DNA of 64,000 bases from Octopus bimaculoides (taxonomy: Eukaryota): contig NC_068997.1 of assembly GCF_001194135.2 (NCBI RefSeq), positions 47,237,367-47,301,366 of the forward strand, written 5' to 3'. This document shows positions 24,823-36,080 of this stretch, piece by piece. A model generated the notes under the pieces. The model did no database searches. It saw only the letters and a program-made list of their open reading frames with translations, and was not told the origin of the DNA. How positions within the stretch are numbered: the first letter of the stretch is position 1; every line of letters starts with the position of its first letter. A program made the translations under genes and the position numbers.

Positions 24823-25011
24823 CTCAAGTTCACGCAAGTAAGTGTAAATGTCATTAACATATTCTGAAACGAGTTGTGGATTTTCATGATCGTCAGCATC
24901 AATGTCAATAACATTAGCCATAACAATTCGAGGCTCAGATTCACACACTTCCATTGGACTTGATTGTGATTTCGATTCATTTTCAGTATTTGGAGGAGGC
25001 TGAATTAGTTC
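24823..25011 (-). CDS. CCNB: Cyclin B coding exon 3
   Basis: Acceptor tctttacag, donor GAG|GTATGT, 189 nt. Encodes ELIQPPP...SSPMEV...DIDADDHENPQLVSEYVNDIYTYLRELE, the classic pre-cyclin-box motif. Confidence 0.95.
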
Positions 25012-25564
25012 CTGTAAAGAGATGGAAAAATGTCAAATGTATCACAAAATATTTTTTGACAATGATCAGTGTGGCTAGCCTAACATGCCAAAGCTTCAAC
25101 ACACCAGATTGCATCCAAGCTGGCTTCAGGTTTTAGGGGCTAGCAGTAATCTCAAGCAGGGATTACTGTATTGCAAGCATTTCGATAAAGCCTTAAGAAT
25201 CCTGCAATTTGTTCAATCTTTACTATGTTGGGAAGCTTGCAAAGATAACAGGTACAACCCTTCTTCCTCAAGCAAATAATTTACAGGAATGTCAATTTTA
25301 AAACTTTTAAACACAAAAGGCATGGCCCATAAATTTTAATTTGCAGTTAGAAACATGTGCCTGCTTTCAAAGAAAAAGTGGTCCATATTAGCTTTTGTAC
25401 TCCAGTTAACAATTACACTAAAGTTTTGGAAAACATCTTGCAGCTCCCTTAACCCTTTTGATACCACCCAGCCTGAAGCCATCTCTGGCTCTTTGATTTA
25501 AAATCTTCCACCAACACGTCAAGTTAATTTAGGTTTCAAACAACAGTTTAATAATCCTTTCTAT

Positions 25565-25740
25565 TATAGGCACAAGGCCTGAAATTTTTGGGGAGGGTTT
25601 AAGCCAATTACATTGACTCCAGTAGTCAACTGGTAATTTATTGATCTTGAAAGGATGAAAGGCAAAGTCAACACCGGTGGAATTTGAACTCAGAACACGA
25701 AGATGGATGAAATGCCACTAAGCATTTTGCTTGGAGTGCC
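25565..25740 (-). mobile_element. SINE family 2 copy in cyclin B intron 2, CpG-decayed
   Basis: Family 2 match with CG to TG/CA changes (for example ATGCCACTAAGCATTTTGCTTGG versus ATGCCGCTAAGCATTTTGCCCGG at ~55905). Confidence 0.75.
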
Positions 25741-26903
25741 GAGTAAATTTTACATGGTTTCAAATAATTTTAAAAACTAAGTTGGTATGCTTCAACAGAA
25801 ATATGGTAATGAAATGGTTAAACAAGATATTACTAATTTATTTTAGTAATAAATTTCAACACAAGGCCTCAGAATGCAAAAGAGTGGTATAGTTGACTGG
25901 TACATACGTTCTGCTCAGAATGACAGAAAGCAAAGTTAATGGTAGTAGGGTCTCTGTTCTGAGAAAGCTAAACACTTGAAAGAACTAACAAGTACAGACT
26001 TGCTGGTTTTAATGGAACACTTTTAGTCCCCCTCCATGTCAAATGGGTTTCTATAGAGATAACGGCTGACCTTGTAGTCAAGGCTTACACACAATTTAGG
26101 TGAAGGATTTCATGAACAACATAATTAACTTCTAATTCTGAATACCTTTTGAGGGTATTTCAGATGTGACCACTAGTCATTTTATCAGAGGCAGGATCCA
26201 AAGCAGTCAAAAACAAATTGCTGTCTGCAGGACTTTCTGAATGGCATGCCAACAAAAAAAAAAATCACTTTGAAATTTTGAGTATTTGTAGTCCATCTTA
26301 TGCAGCCTGCTTCTTGAAAAAGGTTTCCCCACACCAGATCTAAAGTGTTCTTCCCTTATTTAAGGCAAGGTGTAATTTGGGAAATATTTCACCATTTAGG
26401 GTCCGTTTTCATTGCTGGCATGGGTTAGATAGTTTAACTGGGACTTGTAAGCCAGAGAGCTGTACCAGGCGCCAGTCTGATTTGACTTGATTTCTACAGT
26501 TGGTTGCCCTTCCTAACACCAACCACTCCAGGAGTGTAGTGGGTTGGTTATTTCTAGCAGGTCAAACTACCACATCAATACTTTGTTTATAATGGACTAG
26601 TGGTTCTATGACTTCAAAATGTTTGAACAACTACAAATTTTGATTTGTCTATAATTAGAAATTTAAAAAACAAGCATTCTGAACTTCTCTTGTGCTATTT
26701 CAACTATATTCACAAGTATTTTTGGGCAAAAATTTTCTGAATGTCCCCAATAAATGTTCCTGCATTCAAGTTCAACCCATTTTCATTAAATAAGACAATA
26801 CTTAATATCCATCACTATCCATCCATAAAATACCAATCTTTTGTTTAGTAACTAAAAAGTTGAAGTGATTTACTTAAATTTCATACAAAAACTCAACTCT
26901 CAC

Positions 26904-27107
26904 CTGTTTTACTACTGTCGTTTTCGGTACGGCTGTTCTCTGTCGAAGGGATCCTTTCTTAGTTATTTCTTTTCGTTTAATATTCTCAAGGGTTATACAT
27001 GAAACCTTGTTACCAATTTCGTTGAGGGCAGATCTAGACACTGGGTATGCATCTATATTTGATTTCGAGATGGCAGGGTTTTCACGATTCAAGGCTCGTA
27101 TGCGCAT
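26904..27107 (-). CDS. CCNB: Cyclin B coding exon 2 (destruction box RSALNEIGN)
   Basis: Acceptor tttctcttcgcag, donor CAG|GTGAGA, 204 nt. Encodes MRIRALNRENP...RSALNEIGNKVS...VVKQ with an RxxLxxIxN D-box. Confidence 0.93.
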
Positions 27108-28476
27108 CTGCGAAGAGAAAATAAATATATTTAAAAATGTAAAACTTCGTATCGAATTCAGTATAAGAAACTCAGACGGAATTCATCCACTAAAGTTGGA
27201 TTTTCTCAGTTTTGATAGGGGGGGGGGTCTTTCAAATTTTNNNNNNNNNNNNNNNNNNNNNNNNNNNNNNNNNNNNNNNNNNNNNNNNNNNNNNNNNNNN
27301 NNNNNNNNNNNNNNNNNNNNNNNNNNNNNNNNNNNNNNNNNNNNNNNNNNNNNNNNNNNNNNNNNNNNNNNNNNNNNNNNNNNNNNNNNNNNNNNNNNNN
27401 NNNNNNNNNNNNNNNNNNNNNNNNNNNNNNNNNNNNNNNNNNNNNNNNNNNNNNNNNNNNNNNNNNNNNNNNNNNNNNNNNNNNNNNNNNNNNNNNNNNN
27501 NNNNNNNNNNNNNNNNNNNNNNNNNNNNNNNNNNNNNNNNNNNNNNNNNNNNNNNNNNNNNNNNNNNNNNNNNNNNNNNNNNNNNNNNNNNNNNNNNNNN
27601 NNNNNNNNNNNNNNNNNNNNNNNNNNNNNNNNNNNNNNNNNNNNNNNNNNNNNNNNNNNNNNNNNNNNNNNNNNNNNNNNNNNNNNNNNNNNNNNNNNNN
27701 NNNNNNNNNNNNNNNNNNNNNNNNNNNNNNNNNNNNNNNNNNNNNNNNNNNNNNNNNNNNNNNNNNNNNNNNNNNNNNNNNNNNNNNNNTAAATTTATTA
27801 ACCGTTTACAGATATAAAAAGTACTATCAATATATATATAAAAATATTACAGAATTAACCTTTTTTTTTTTTCATGCAATGATTTTTATAAAAGGTAAAT
27901 TACAGATAATTCGAATGGTCGGAAAGAGACACTAAACGTTCGAACTAGTCTCTAATTTATAGAATTAATAACAGAAATTTAACGTTCACATCATTTTACT
28001 ACATCAATTACAGCAACCTTTAATTAAATTTATTACACCTGTGGTTTAGAATTGCAAATATGACAACGGTTCTTTCCCCCACTCCATTACCAAAACTTGT
28101 TCGTACACGAATATAAATTCCATGCTAAAACCCAAACAAGACTGGGCAAACACCAATATGGCCCATATTAATTATATTTACATCTTTTATATTACATACA
28201 AATTATATTAAACGTTCAGTGTTTTTTTTATTATCTGTAAATACAACTACGTCTGTTAGGGAAGAAAATTACATCTCAAATAATTACGACATAGTTACAA
28301 TTAGAAATTATAGTCAATATAATCGATATTGAACCAAATACAGAAATGTAATTTAATAATGAAAGTTACAGTAAATGAATGACGTGACATATAAGTTAAT
28401 GGGTTTGTTTGAGGATTTCGAAAATGAAATAATATTTAAAAACATAATGAATGAACTAAAACAAAAGGTTACTTAC

Positions 28477-28500
28477 AGTGTTAGACCGTGTTGTAGCCAT
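28477..28500 (-). CDS. CCNB: Cyclin B coding exon 1 (MATTRSNT)
   Basis: ATG GCT ACA ACA CGG TCT AAC ACT followed by a consensus donor GTAAGT. 24 nt, phase 0, joins exon 2 in frame. It sits just downstream of the CCAAT boxes, and a very short first coding exon is typical of CCNB1/2. Confidence 0.85.
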
Positions 28501-28678
28501 GGTATATATATGTAGATATATGTTTTAACAAAATTTACTTCGATGGTATGGCAATGTAAAAAAAGAATATTGCCAATATAATAAGCGAATGAATTAAAAA
28601 AATATATATATAAAGAATCTCAGCTGAGAGCGCAAAGACAGTGATAAAAATAGATGAGGATAATCGAGTATAAGTCGG

Positions 28679-28790
28679 ATTGGTGTCAAGGCATTTATGA
28701 TATGAATCTCATTCTGGTGCTAAGTTCGAATAACAGCGGTACTGCGCTGATTGGCTGATTGCTTAGCAAGCTTCTTGTTTGATTGGCCAG
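28679..28790 (-). promoter_or_regulatory. Cyclin B core promoter: three sense-strand CCAAT boxes (28782-28786, 28750-28754, 28679-28683) and a CHR-like TTCGAA (28725-28730)
   Basis: On the minus strand: GGCCAATCA and AGCCAATCA (NF-Y consensus) 32 bp apart, TTCGAA ~20 bp downstream, then CACCAATCC. All lie ~180-290 bp upstream of the ATG. Confidence 0.7.
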
Positions 28791-31137
28791 TTTTGTTGTG
28801 AAACCGTTATAACATAGCGGCTTACTCAGAATCATTTCCTTACAATTTTTAATAATTTTTTTCTATTTAAAGTTTGTTTTCGGGATTTAGTTATAGAAAA
28901 TTTCATCTTATGTAATGCCAAAGCTCGTTGAGTCCTTGTTGGGATTTATAAATGAGTATTTGAAAAAGATATTTGCGAGTTTTACAATAAACATCTTAAT
29001 TTATTCCCAGCATGCATTGTTATTTGTTGATACTATGCAACCAGTAAAGCTAATGGGCTCGTGTACAGTCGGGTAGCCTGCTAGAAATAACAGTCAAATA
29101 TCCCTTAAATCGTCCTACCGTTTTGTATTTTTAAAAATGAAAGGACACATCAACTAATATATTCCTAGTTGGGGTGGGGTAAAGACTGGATAGTCATGAT
29201 TTGAATGTCTTGTGTTCAAAAGTCTACTGGTTCATTCAATATTTCTATGGATTAATTTAGCTGCAAATTTTTGCATGCTGGGTCACTACAGTGTACACAC
29301 ACACACGTCTGTCGCTAGTAGTTACCATTGTTCCAGCACAGCTCTGATTGAACAGACTTATGATCAAGAATATTCCACCCATGACCATCCCGTTTTATAA
29401 TTTTTAATTTTTTTTTATTTTTCAGTGAGTATACAACAGATTACATTTACCCAGTGTGTCGTATGAAAAGATGGTTCGGTGTGACATGAAAGAGAATACA
29501 GGTTTTAAAAAAACAAAACTGTAACGTTGGGATACTTTCAAAAGGCGGAGTAGTCATGTTTGGAACGATTTTTAAAAGACATGATGGTTACGGTTGGAAT
29601 GTTTTCAGAAAGACGCATAGTTTCGCGCGTCTGTACACACTCTTTTGTGCTCATGCGTGGGAGCGAATCCATGCACCAACTTGTTTATTCTCGATTTTGA
29701 AAATTTTCTATTTCATTAGCAAGTCGGACAAAATCTTTATTTCTTCTAGCTCTATACGTTCTGAATTCAATTCCCGTCCATCCTTTCAGATTTGATAAAA
29801 TAAGTACCAGTTAAGCACCGCAGTCTACGTAATCAACTTACACCTCCACATAAAATTACTTGTCTTTTGCTAAAATTCCACTCCATTATTTACTAAACAT
29901 TGAGCTACAAATGTAACCATCCCCTGCCGGAGCCCGGTCTGGGAATCGAAACCGCGAGTCCGCTGCCCTAACCACTAGGCCATTGCGCCTCCATATCGAA
30001 CACTATCAATTGATTAACAACAATTTCCAAATATAATAATATTCGCGAAATTAATAATCCATTCATATGTATATTTTGATAAATTTGTATTTAGGCAACG
30101 AACATAAAAGGAATGAATTACTTTTGTAAATCTGAAAACAATAGAAATGTTAATCACGGGAGAGAACTCTAATATAAAGGGACATAACTCAGTAGTAATG
30201 CTGCGCACTACATCACAATAAATAAATACTATCTTTGCAAAAATGAAGAGAAGAGAGAGAGAGAGAGAAAGGGATTTAAAAATTGTAGCATTATGTAAAC
30301 AAAATATACTGTAGAGAATATTAAAAGAAGACACTTTGTATGCACGGTTGATAAAGTGTATCTATTACGAGCCAATAGCTAGAAGTTTTTCTAATGTAGT
30401 CGTTCTATTTGCTAGATATAACTGCCAATTTTCCCTCAAACTACATTCTACTCATTTTAAGGAAAAGAATATCACATCGGATAATGTAGTCTTCGCTATA
30501 TTTTGTCTGAAAATTCATTAGACTGGTTGGTCGTGGGTGGTATGCTTTTGATGAGAGATCTGCTTGATTAGGGCTAACATGGAGTTAATGAAATCATCAT
30601 CATCATCATCATCATCATTAGTAGCAGCAGCAGCAGCAGTAACCTTATCTCAACACAGAGCACACAGTTCTTCTCTCTCGACCCGAACCTCGGAAGAGAA
30701 AATTGGTTTTACGGAAACTTAAGAAGCTTGTCGGAGGGCTTGTTCTTGTTCATGTTCTAGTATCCTAGATTGGAATAGGTAACCCAGTTGAAAATGCCCC
30801 CACCTGGCCCTTGGGTGTCTTTTGTAGGTTCCGCTCTGTTGCAAGAAACCAAGATTTTCTATGTAGTCGTTCGATTTGCAAGATATAACTGCCAATTTTC
30901 CCTCAAACCACATTCTACTTATTTTAAGGAAAAGATCACATCGGATAATGTAGTTCCAGGATTGAATGCAACTTCCTCATCTCACCCTACCAATTACGAA
31001 GGACTCGAAAAGATTCATGGGCGCTGTCCTCACTTCTCTGACTCAGTCATGTATAAATAAAGATATAAAAATACACGAGTGGTTGTGTGGTAAGTAGCTT
31101 GTTCTCAACCACATGGTTCCAGGTTCAGTCCCACTGA

Positions 31138-31360
31138 CACGAGGGGGCGCTGAAAAGTTCCTGGCTTTAAGGGTGTCGCAAAAGGCCTGGCTGGAGACCC
31201 AAATTTCCGAGTTCTTTTACAGGGCTTAGAAAAACCGAAGGACTGCTGCAATAAGTGTGTGAATCTGAGAGGTGGTGATATGTTGAATAAAATCATAATT
31301 AACTGATCCTCCTGTATTTTCTTTTACCCAAAGCCAGGAACTTTTCAACACCACCTCATA
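31138..31360 (+). mobile_element. Second mariner-type MITE, adjoining a SINE head
   Basis: TIRs CGAGGGGGCGCTGAAAAGTTCCTGGCTTT and AAAGCCAGGAACTTTTCAACACCACCTCA-TA. The interior has a decayed mariner C-terminus (...GLEK...CNKCVNLRG.DYVE-like). A remnant of the same family lies at ~48455-48545 (-). Confidence 0.75.
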
Positions 31361-32329
31361 TATGGGGTTAGTTTAATCACTTTGTGTAGGGGAGAGAATG
31401 TTTGAGAAATATTTTTTCAACTCCACTCTGAGTTATTTCTCTTAGTGAATTTTCGTTTGAATTATGCAAATAATTCTAGGCCATAAATATTTCTCTCCAA
31501 GTACTGTTAGTAACATATTGTCCGGTTCAATCTTTTCCATAGTCAGGTCATCTTTTCCATAGCTAGGTCATCGGCCCTTAAACCGGCTCCGACTAGACTT
31601 CCCTGGTGGAAACCCAACAGAGCAGAAACAAGACCTGTTAAAAGAACAGATGAACCCAACGAATGCTTAATGACTAACAATACAGTGGGGATTTACAAAT
31701 TTTGGGTTTGTGTCAGGCATGCATTAGGACCATTTGGAAAGAGTTACCCCTTAGCTTTTGTTGAAGTATTTCTCCAGGAGAAGGTACAGCTGTGTCCATA
31801 GCTAAACCGACAGTAGAACAGAGTGGGCATTGTGGTTTCAGTAGCCTCGGAAAACAGCGGGACATACAGAAGGACAACGTTGAATATACGCAATCATTGT
31901 GAATAGGGCTTTCTAGGAAAGCATTCTGGGCCCCATGGAAAGTAATGCATTAGGCCCCTGCTTATACAACCACATCATAGCTAGATTAAGATTGGGGACC
32001 GAGGGATTCCCGGGAAACTTCCCAGGGTGCTTTAGCGATACTGCCTGTCAGTACCTGCGAAACGATAAAAGTGACAGTAAATTGGGTGAGAAGAGAACTG
32101 ATGACCCCCCACCCCGACTGTATTCATTACTAAGAGAACATGAAAATGAAGGGTTTGCTGGTGTCTGAGGCCTTTGACTTTCACCCACGAGGATAGAATA
32201 TTCATTCGTTCGTGCATTCATTCTTTCATTAATTCGTTTAATCGGTCGTTCATTTATTCTTTCATTCATTTATTCGTTCAATCATTCATACGAACATACA
32301 TAAACAGATACACACACACCTACACACGC

Positions 32330-32398
<69 letters not shown>

Positions 32399-32446
32399 AC
32401 TGTTTGTCTGTCTGTCTGTCTGCCTGCCTGCCTACCTGCCTGCCTG

Positions 32447-32477
<31 letters not shown>
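32330..32477. repeat. (TATC)n/(TGTC)n/(TGCC)n microsatellite running into a gap; another (TATC)n lies at ~38545-38620
   Basis: Direct reading. Confidence 0.95.
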
Positions 32478-32781
32478 NNNNNNNNNNNNNNNNNNNNNNN
32501 NNNNNNNNNNNNNNNNNNNNNNNNNNNNNNNNNNNNNNNNNNNNNNNNNNNNNNNNNNNNNNNNNNNNNNNNNNNNNNNNNNNNNNNNNNNNNNNNNNNN
32601 NNNNNNNNNNNNTCGGCCTTTTTTTTTTTTTTCTCGATCCCTTTTGATCGAACTCCCCCTTTTTCCCTTCCTACGATCCCTTTTGATCGACACCCCCTTT
32701 TTTTTTCCCTCCCAAAAAGAAAAGCTCTACATTGTATTTGTCCCATCTTCGTTGAGCCCTGTGTGGCTAATAAAAGAAATG

Positions 32782-32813
<32 letters not shown>

Positions 32814-34784
32814 CACACACATATACATATACATACAGACATGTATATATATGCATATACATGCATAGCTCACGCACACACGCACACATACACACAAATA
32901 CACACATAGGTGAAGGTGGCTAAAATTTTTATGAATTTAAATTTGGGTTTTGTCTCCCTTGCAGTTTTTAATAAGCATTGTCATTAATTATTAAATTGTC
33001 TTTTGACTCACCATGTTAAATGTGTTACCAGTATTTAGCATTAAACATATCTTACTTGATACAATTAAAATTACGAAATGGTTTCTTCAAAGTTTAGAAA
33101 TGTATAAAAAAATATATTCTTTTAATTGTAAAAATATAGAATAGACTTGAAACATTTGTTCGTTTGAAAATGAAGCATTAATACAGTTCATTGTAAACAG
33201 AGATATCACAAGACCACATTATTACCACGTTATATAAATGTTTTCAAGATCTACATAGCTTGGTTTCATGTTAAAAATTTCGATTATGTCCCCAGTTACT
33301 TCTCATAGTCATACTTCTATGAGGAACAACATGCAAACTGTTTTCTTTATGCTAAAATTTCCGATTATGTCTTTGATATTGTCTCATAGTTAAAGATTGT
33401 TGAACGTACCACACTCAAACTTATTTCAGCATGTTGAAGATTTCGGTTGTGTCTTCGATTTCTTTCCTTAATTGAAGTTGTTTAAATGCGTAACACTCGA
33501 ATACATGATGTGACAAGCAGATTAATATCACAGACATGTATACGAATTGAGATACCATAAAATAAAGAATTTCACTGAAAATCTTTAAAGATGGTATTTA
33601 CAACATTTTTCTTGCAATTCACTCTGTAATTATGTATTATAATTTCCGTCACCTTCAGACTTTAATTTCCGTTCGTTGATCTTGCTACTCATGAAACCGT
33701 ATTTCTCTAATGCCAACAATGTTGGCTGCTGCATTGGGCTTAATCTGTCGATATATCCACGTTCAACCACTCCAGTCTTTCATCTTCTTTTATCATTCTA
33801 TTCAAATGTAGGATGCTGCAAAGGAATATTAAATCAACTCCAGTATTTGACTAGCATTTCATTTTATTGAACCTCCGAAGAATGAAAGCAAAGTTAATCT
33901 CGGTGGAATTTGAAGTCAGGCTGTGAAACTAAATTCTACAGATCTGGTTTGCATGCCTCATTTACGGATTCATTTTGTAATCCCTCTCTCCTTCTCTCTC
34001 TCTCAACACAGTAGGTAAAGTTGATCTAACAAAGATTTAGCAGGTCGAGCTACTATAACCGAACCCTACGACACAGTTATAAATACCCCCCCCCCCAAAT
34101 CTAAATAAAAATAACTTTTAACACATAAAAAAGTCTGAAATTTTGGGGGAGGAGAGTTGCTGATTATGTCACAGCCTGTTCGTGAAATTAACGTGCAAGT
34201 GGCCGAGCACTCCACAGAAACGCGTACCCTTAGCGTAGTTCTCAGGGAAATTCAACATAACACAGAGTGTGACAACGCTGGCCCTTTGAAATACAAGTAC
34301 TACTCATTTTGCCAGATGAGTGGACTGGAACAACGTGAAACAAAGTGTCTTGCTCAAGGACATAATGCAACGCTAGGTATCGAACTCACGACCTTTCAAC
34401 CGTGAACCAAATACCCTAACCACTAAGCCACGCACCTTCACTCTGTCATATATTCTTTTCTACTCTAGGCACAAGGCCCGAAATTTTGGGGGAGGGGGCC
34501 AGTTGCTTAGATCGATCCCAGTACGCAACTGGTACTTAATTTATCGACTCCGAAAGGATGAAAGGCAAAGTCAACCTCGGCAGAATTTGAACTCAACTCT
34601 GTCCTATATTACAACAGTATTAGACGTTAGGGTTTGTCAGTTGTGTACTTGTATTTACTTAGTTTAATTTTTCTGTTGGGTTAAATTATTTGATGTTTAA
34701 TCAAATTTGGTCTGCTTTAATTTGGTTTAATTTCATTGATTATTTGCTCAAGAGATCCATGAAAATATTCAATCAATCAAAGTG

Positions 34785-35098
34785 ATTTGGTCGAACAAAT
34801 CAATCCGAGTACTTATTCTATCGGTCTCTTGTATCGAACCTTTAAGTTACGGGGATGTAAACTAACCAACACCCCTTTTCAAGCGGTAGAGGCGGACAAA
34901 CATAAAGACACACACACACACACAGACATACATATAAACAACGGGCTTCTTTCCGTTTCCGTCTATCAAGCCCACTTACAAGGCTTTGTTTGGCTGGGAC
35001 TATAGTAGAAGACACTTGTTCAAGGTGCCGAACAGTTGGACCGAACCCAAGACTATATAGTTGGGAAGCAAGCTCTTTAACTAAACATCAACGCCTGC
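34785..35098 (-). mobile_element. SINE family 1 copy abutting the tRNA-Ile terminator
   Basis: Diverged match to the family 1 head and tail with an internal (CA)n. Confidence 0.75.
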
Positions 35099-35112
35099 AC
35101 AAAAAAAAAAAG

Positions 35113-35227
35113 TGCCCCGGGTGAGGTTCGAACTCACAACCTCCGCATAACTATAGTCTTATGGTTTGAAACATAAGAAAGGTACTGTCTATAAGTACGG
35201 CGCGCTAACCGATTGTGCCACCGGGGC
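35113..35227 (-). tRNA. trnI-TAT: tRNA-Ile(UAU) with a 41-nt intron (35149-35189)
   Basis: GCCCCGG/CCGGGGC acceptor stem, A box TGGCACAATCGG, anticodon arm CCGTA-CT-TAT-A|intron|A-TGCGG, B box GTTCGAAC, discriminator A, then a T11 Pol III terminator. Mature length is 74 nt and the sequence closely resembles metazoan Ile-TAT tRNAs. Confidence 0.93.
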
Positions 35228-35377
35228 AGTTACACTAAACAGTCGAAAAATAATGATTATGGAAAGTTAAGTTTTTTGCATGTAAAACTTATTCTCGAAT
35301 CAAAAAGCTAATTTAAATGCTGATGCATTAAATAATACGTCATTTTTAGTATGCAAAATATTATTTTACCATTTAAT

Positions 35378-35609
35378 TATTGGGTTGTCCGGAAAGTTCG
35401 TGCCGATTTATAGTTGCTTACCTTTCGACTTATTTGCCATGAAACCACCTCAATTCTGGGAAGAGGGTATTTTCAAGTTAAAGGAAAGATGGAGACGCAT
35501 TGTGCAACAAAATGGTTCATATTTGATTGATTAAAAATGTAATGGCAAGTATTTATTGACCTTTTTCTTTCCTTTAAAAATCGGTACGAACTTTCCAGAC
35601 AACCCAATA
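35378..35609 (+). mobile_element. 228-bp mariner-derived MITE, copy 1
   Basis: TA...TA flanks and ~30-bp TIRs (TTGGGTTGTCCGGAAAGTTCGTGCCGATTT). The interior retains the transposase C-terminus WEEGIFKLKERWRRIVQQNGSYLID*. Confidence 0.9.
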
Positions 35610-35649
35610 TAATGTTAATAATAATAATAATAATTAGGTAAAGAAAAGG

Positions 35650-36080
35650 CCGCGAGCTGGCAGAATCGTTGGCACGCCGGGCGAAATGCTTACCGGTATG
35701 TCGTCTGCTATTAGGTTGTGAGTTCGAATTCCGCCAAGGTCGACATTGCCTTAAAAGAAAACTGCCGAGACGTTCTCAGTTCAAATTCCGCCGAGGTCGA
35801 CTTTGCCTTTTATCCTTTCGGGGTCGATAAAATGAGTATCAGTTGAGTACTGGGGTCGATGTAATCGACTTATCCCTTCCCTCGAACTTACTGGCCCTGT
35901 GCCAAAATTTGAGATCAATATTTAATAATAAATAAGTGAAGGAAAGGCATCGAGCTGGCAGACTCGTTAACACACAGGGCAAAACACTTCGGCCGTCTTT
36001 ACGTTCCGAGCTCAAATTCTGCGGAGGTCGGCTATACCTTTTATCCTTTCGGAGTCGAATCCCTCCCCACCACACCGCCT
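35650..36080 (+). mobile_element. Nested or tandem SINE family 2 copies
   Basis: Repeated GAGCTGGCAGA...GTTCAAATTCCGCCGAGGTCGAC segments. Confidence 0.8.

Noticed and set aside
26100-26260. Extra cyclin B exon in intron 2
   Set aside because: The candidate acceptor and donor exist, but the required phase-0 frame has an early stop.
31138-31153. CTCF-like CACGAGGGGGCGCTG
   Set aside because: It is the terminal inverted repeat of a mariner MITE and only a partial match.
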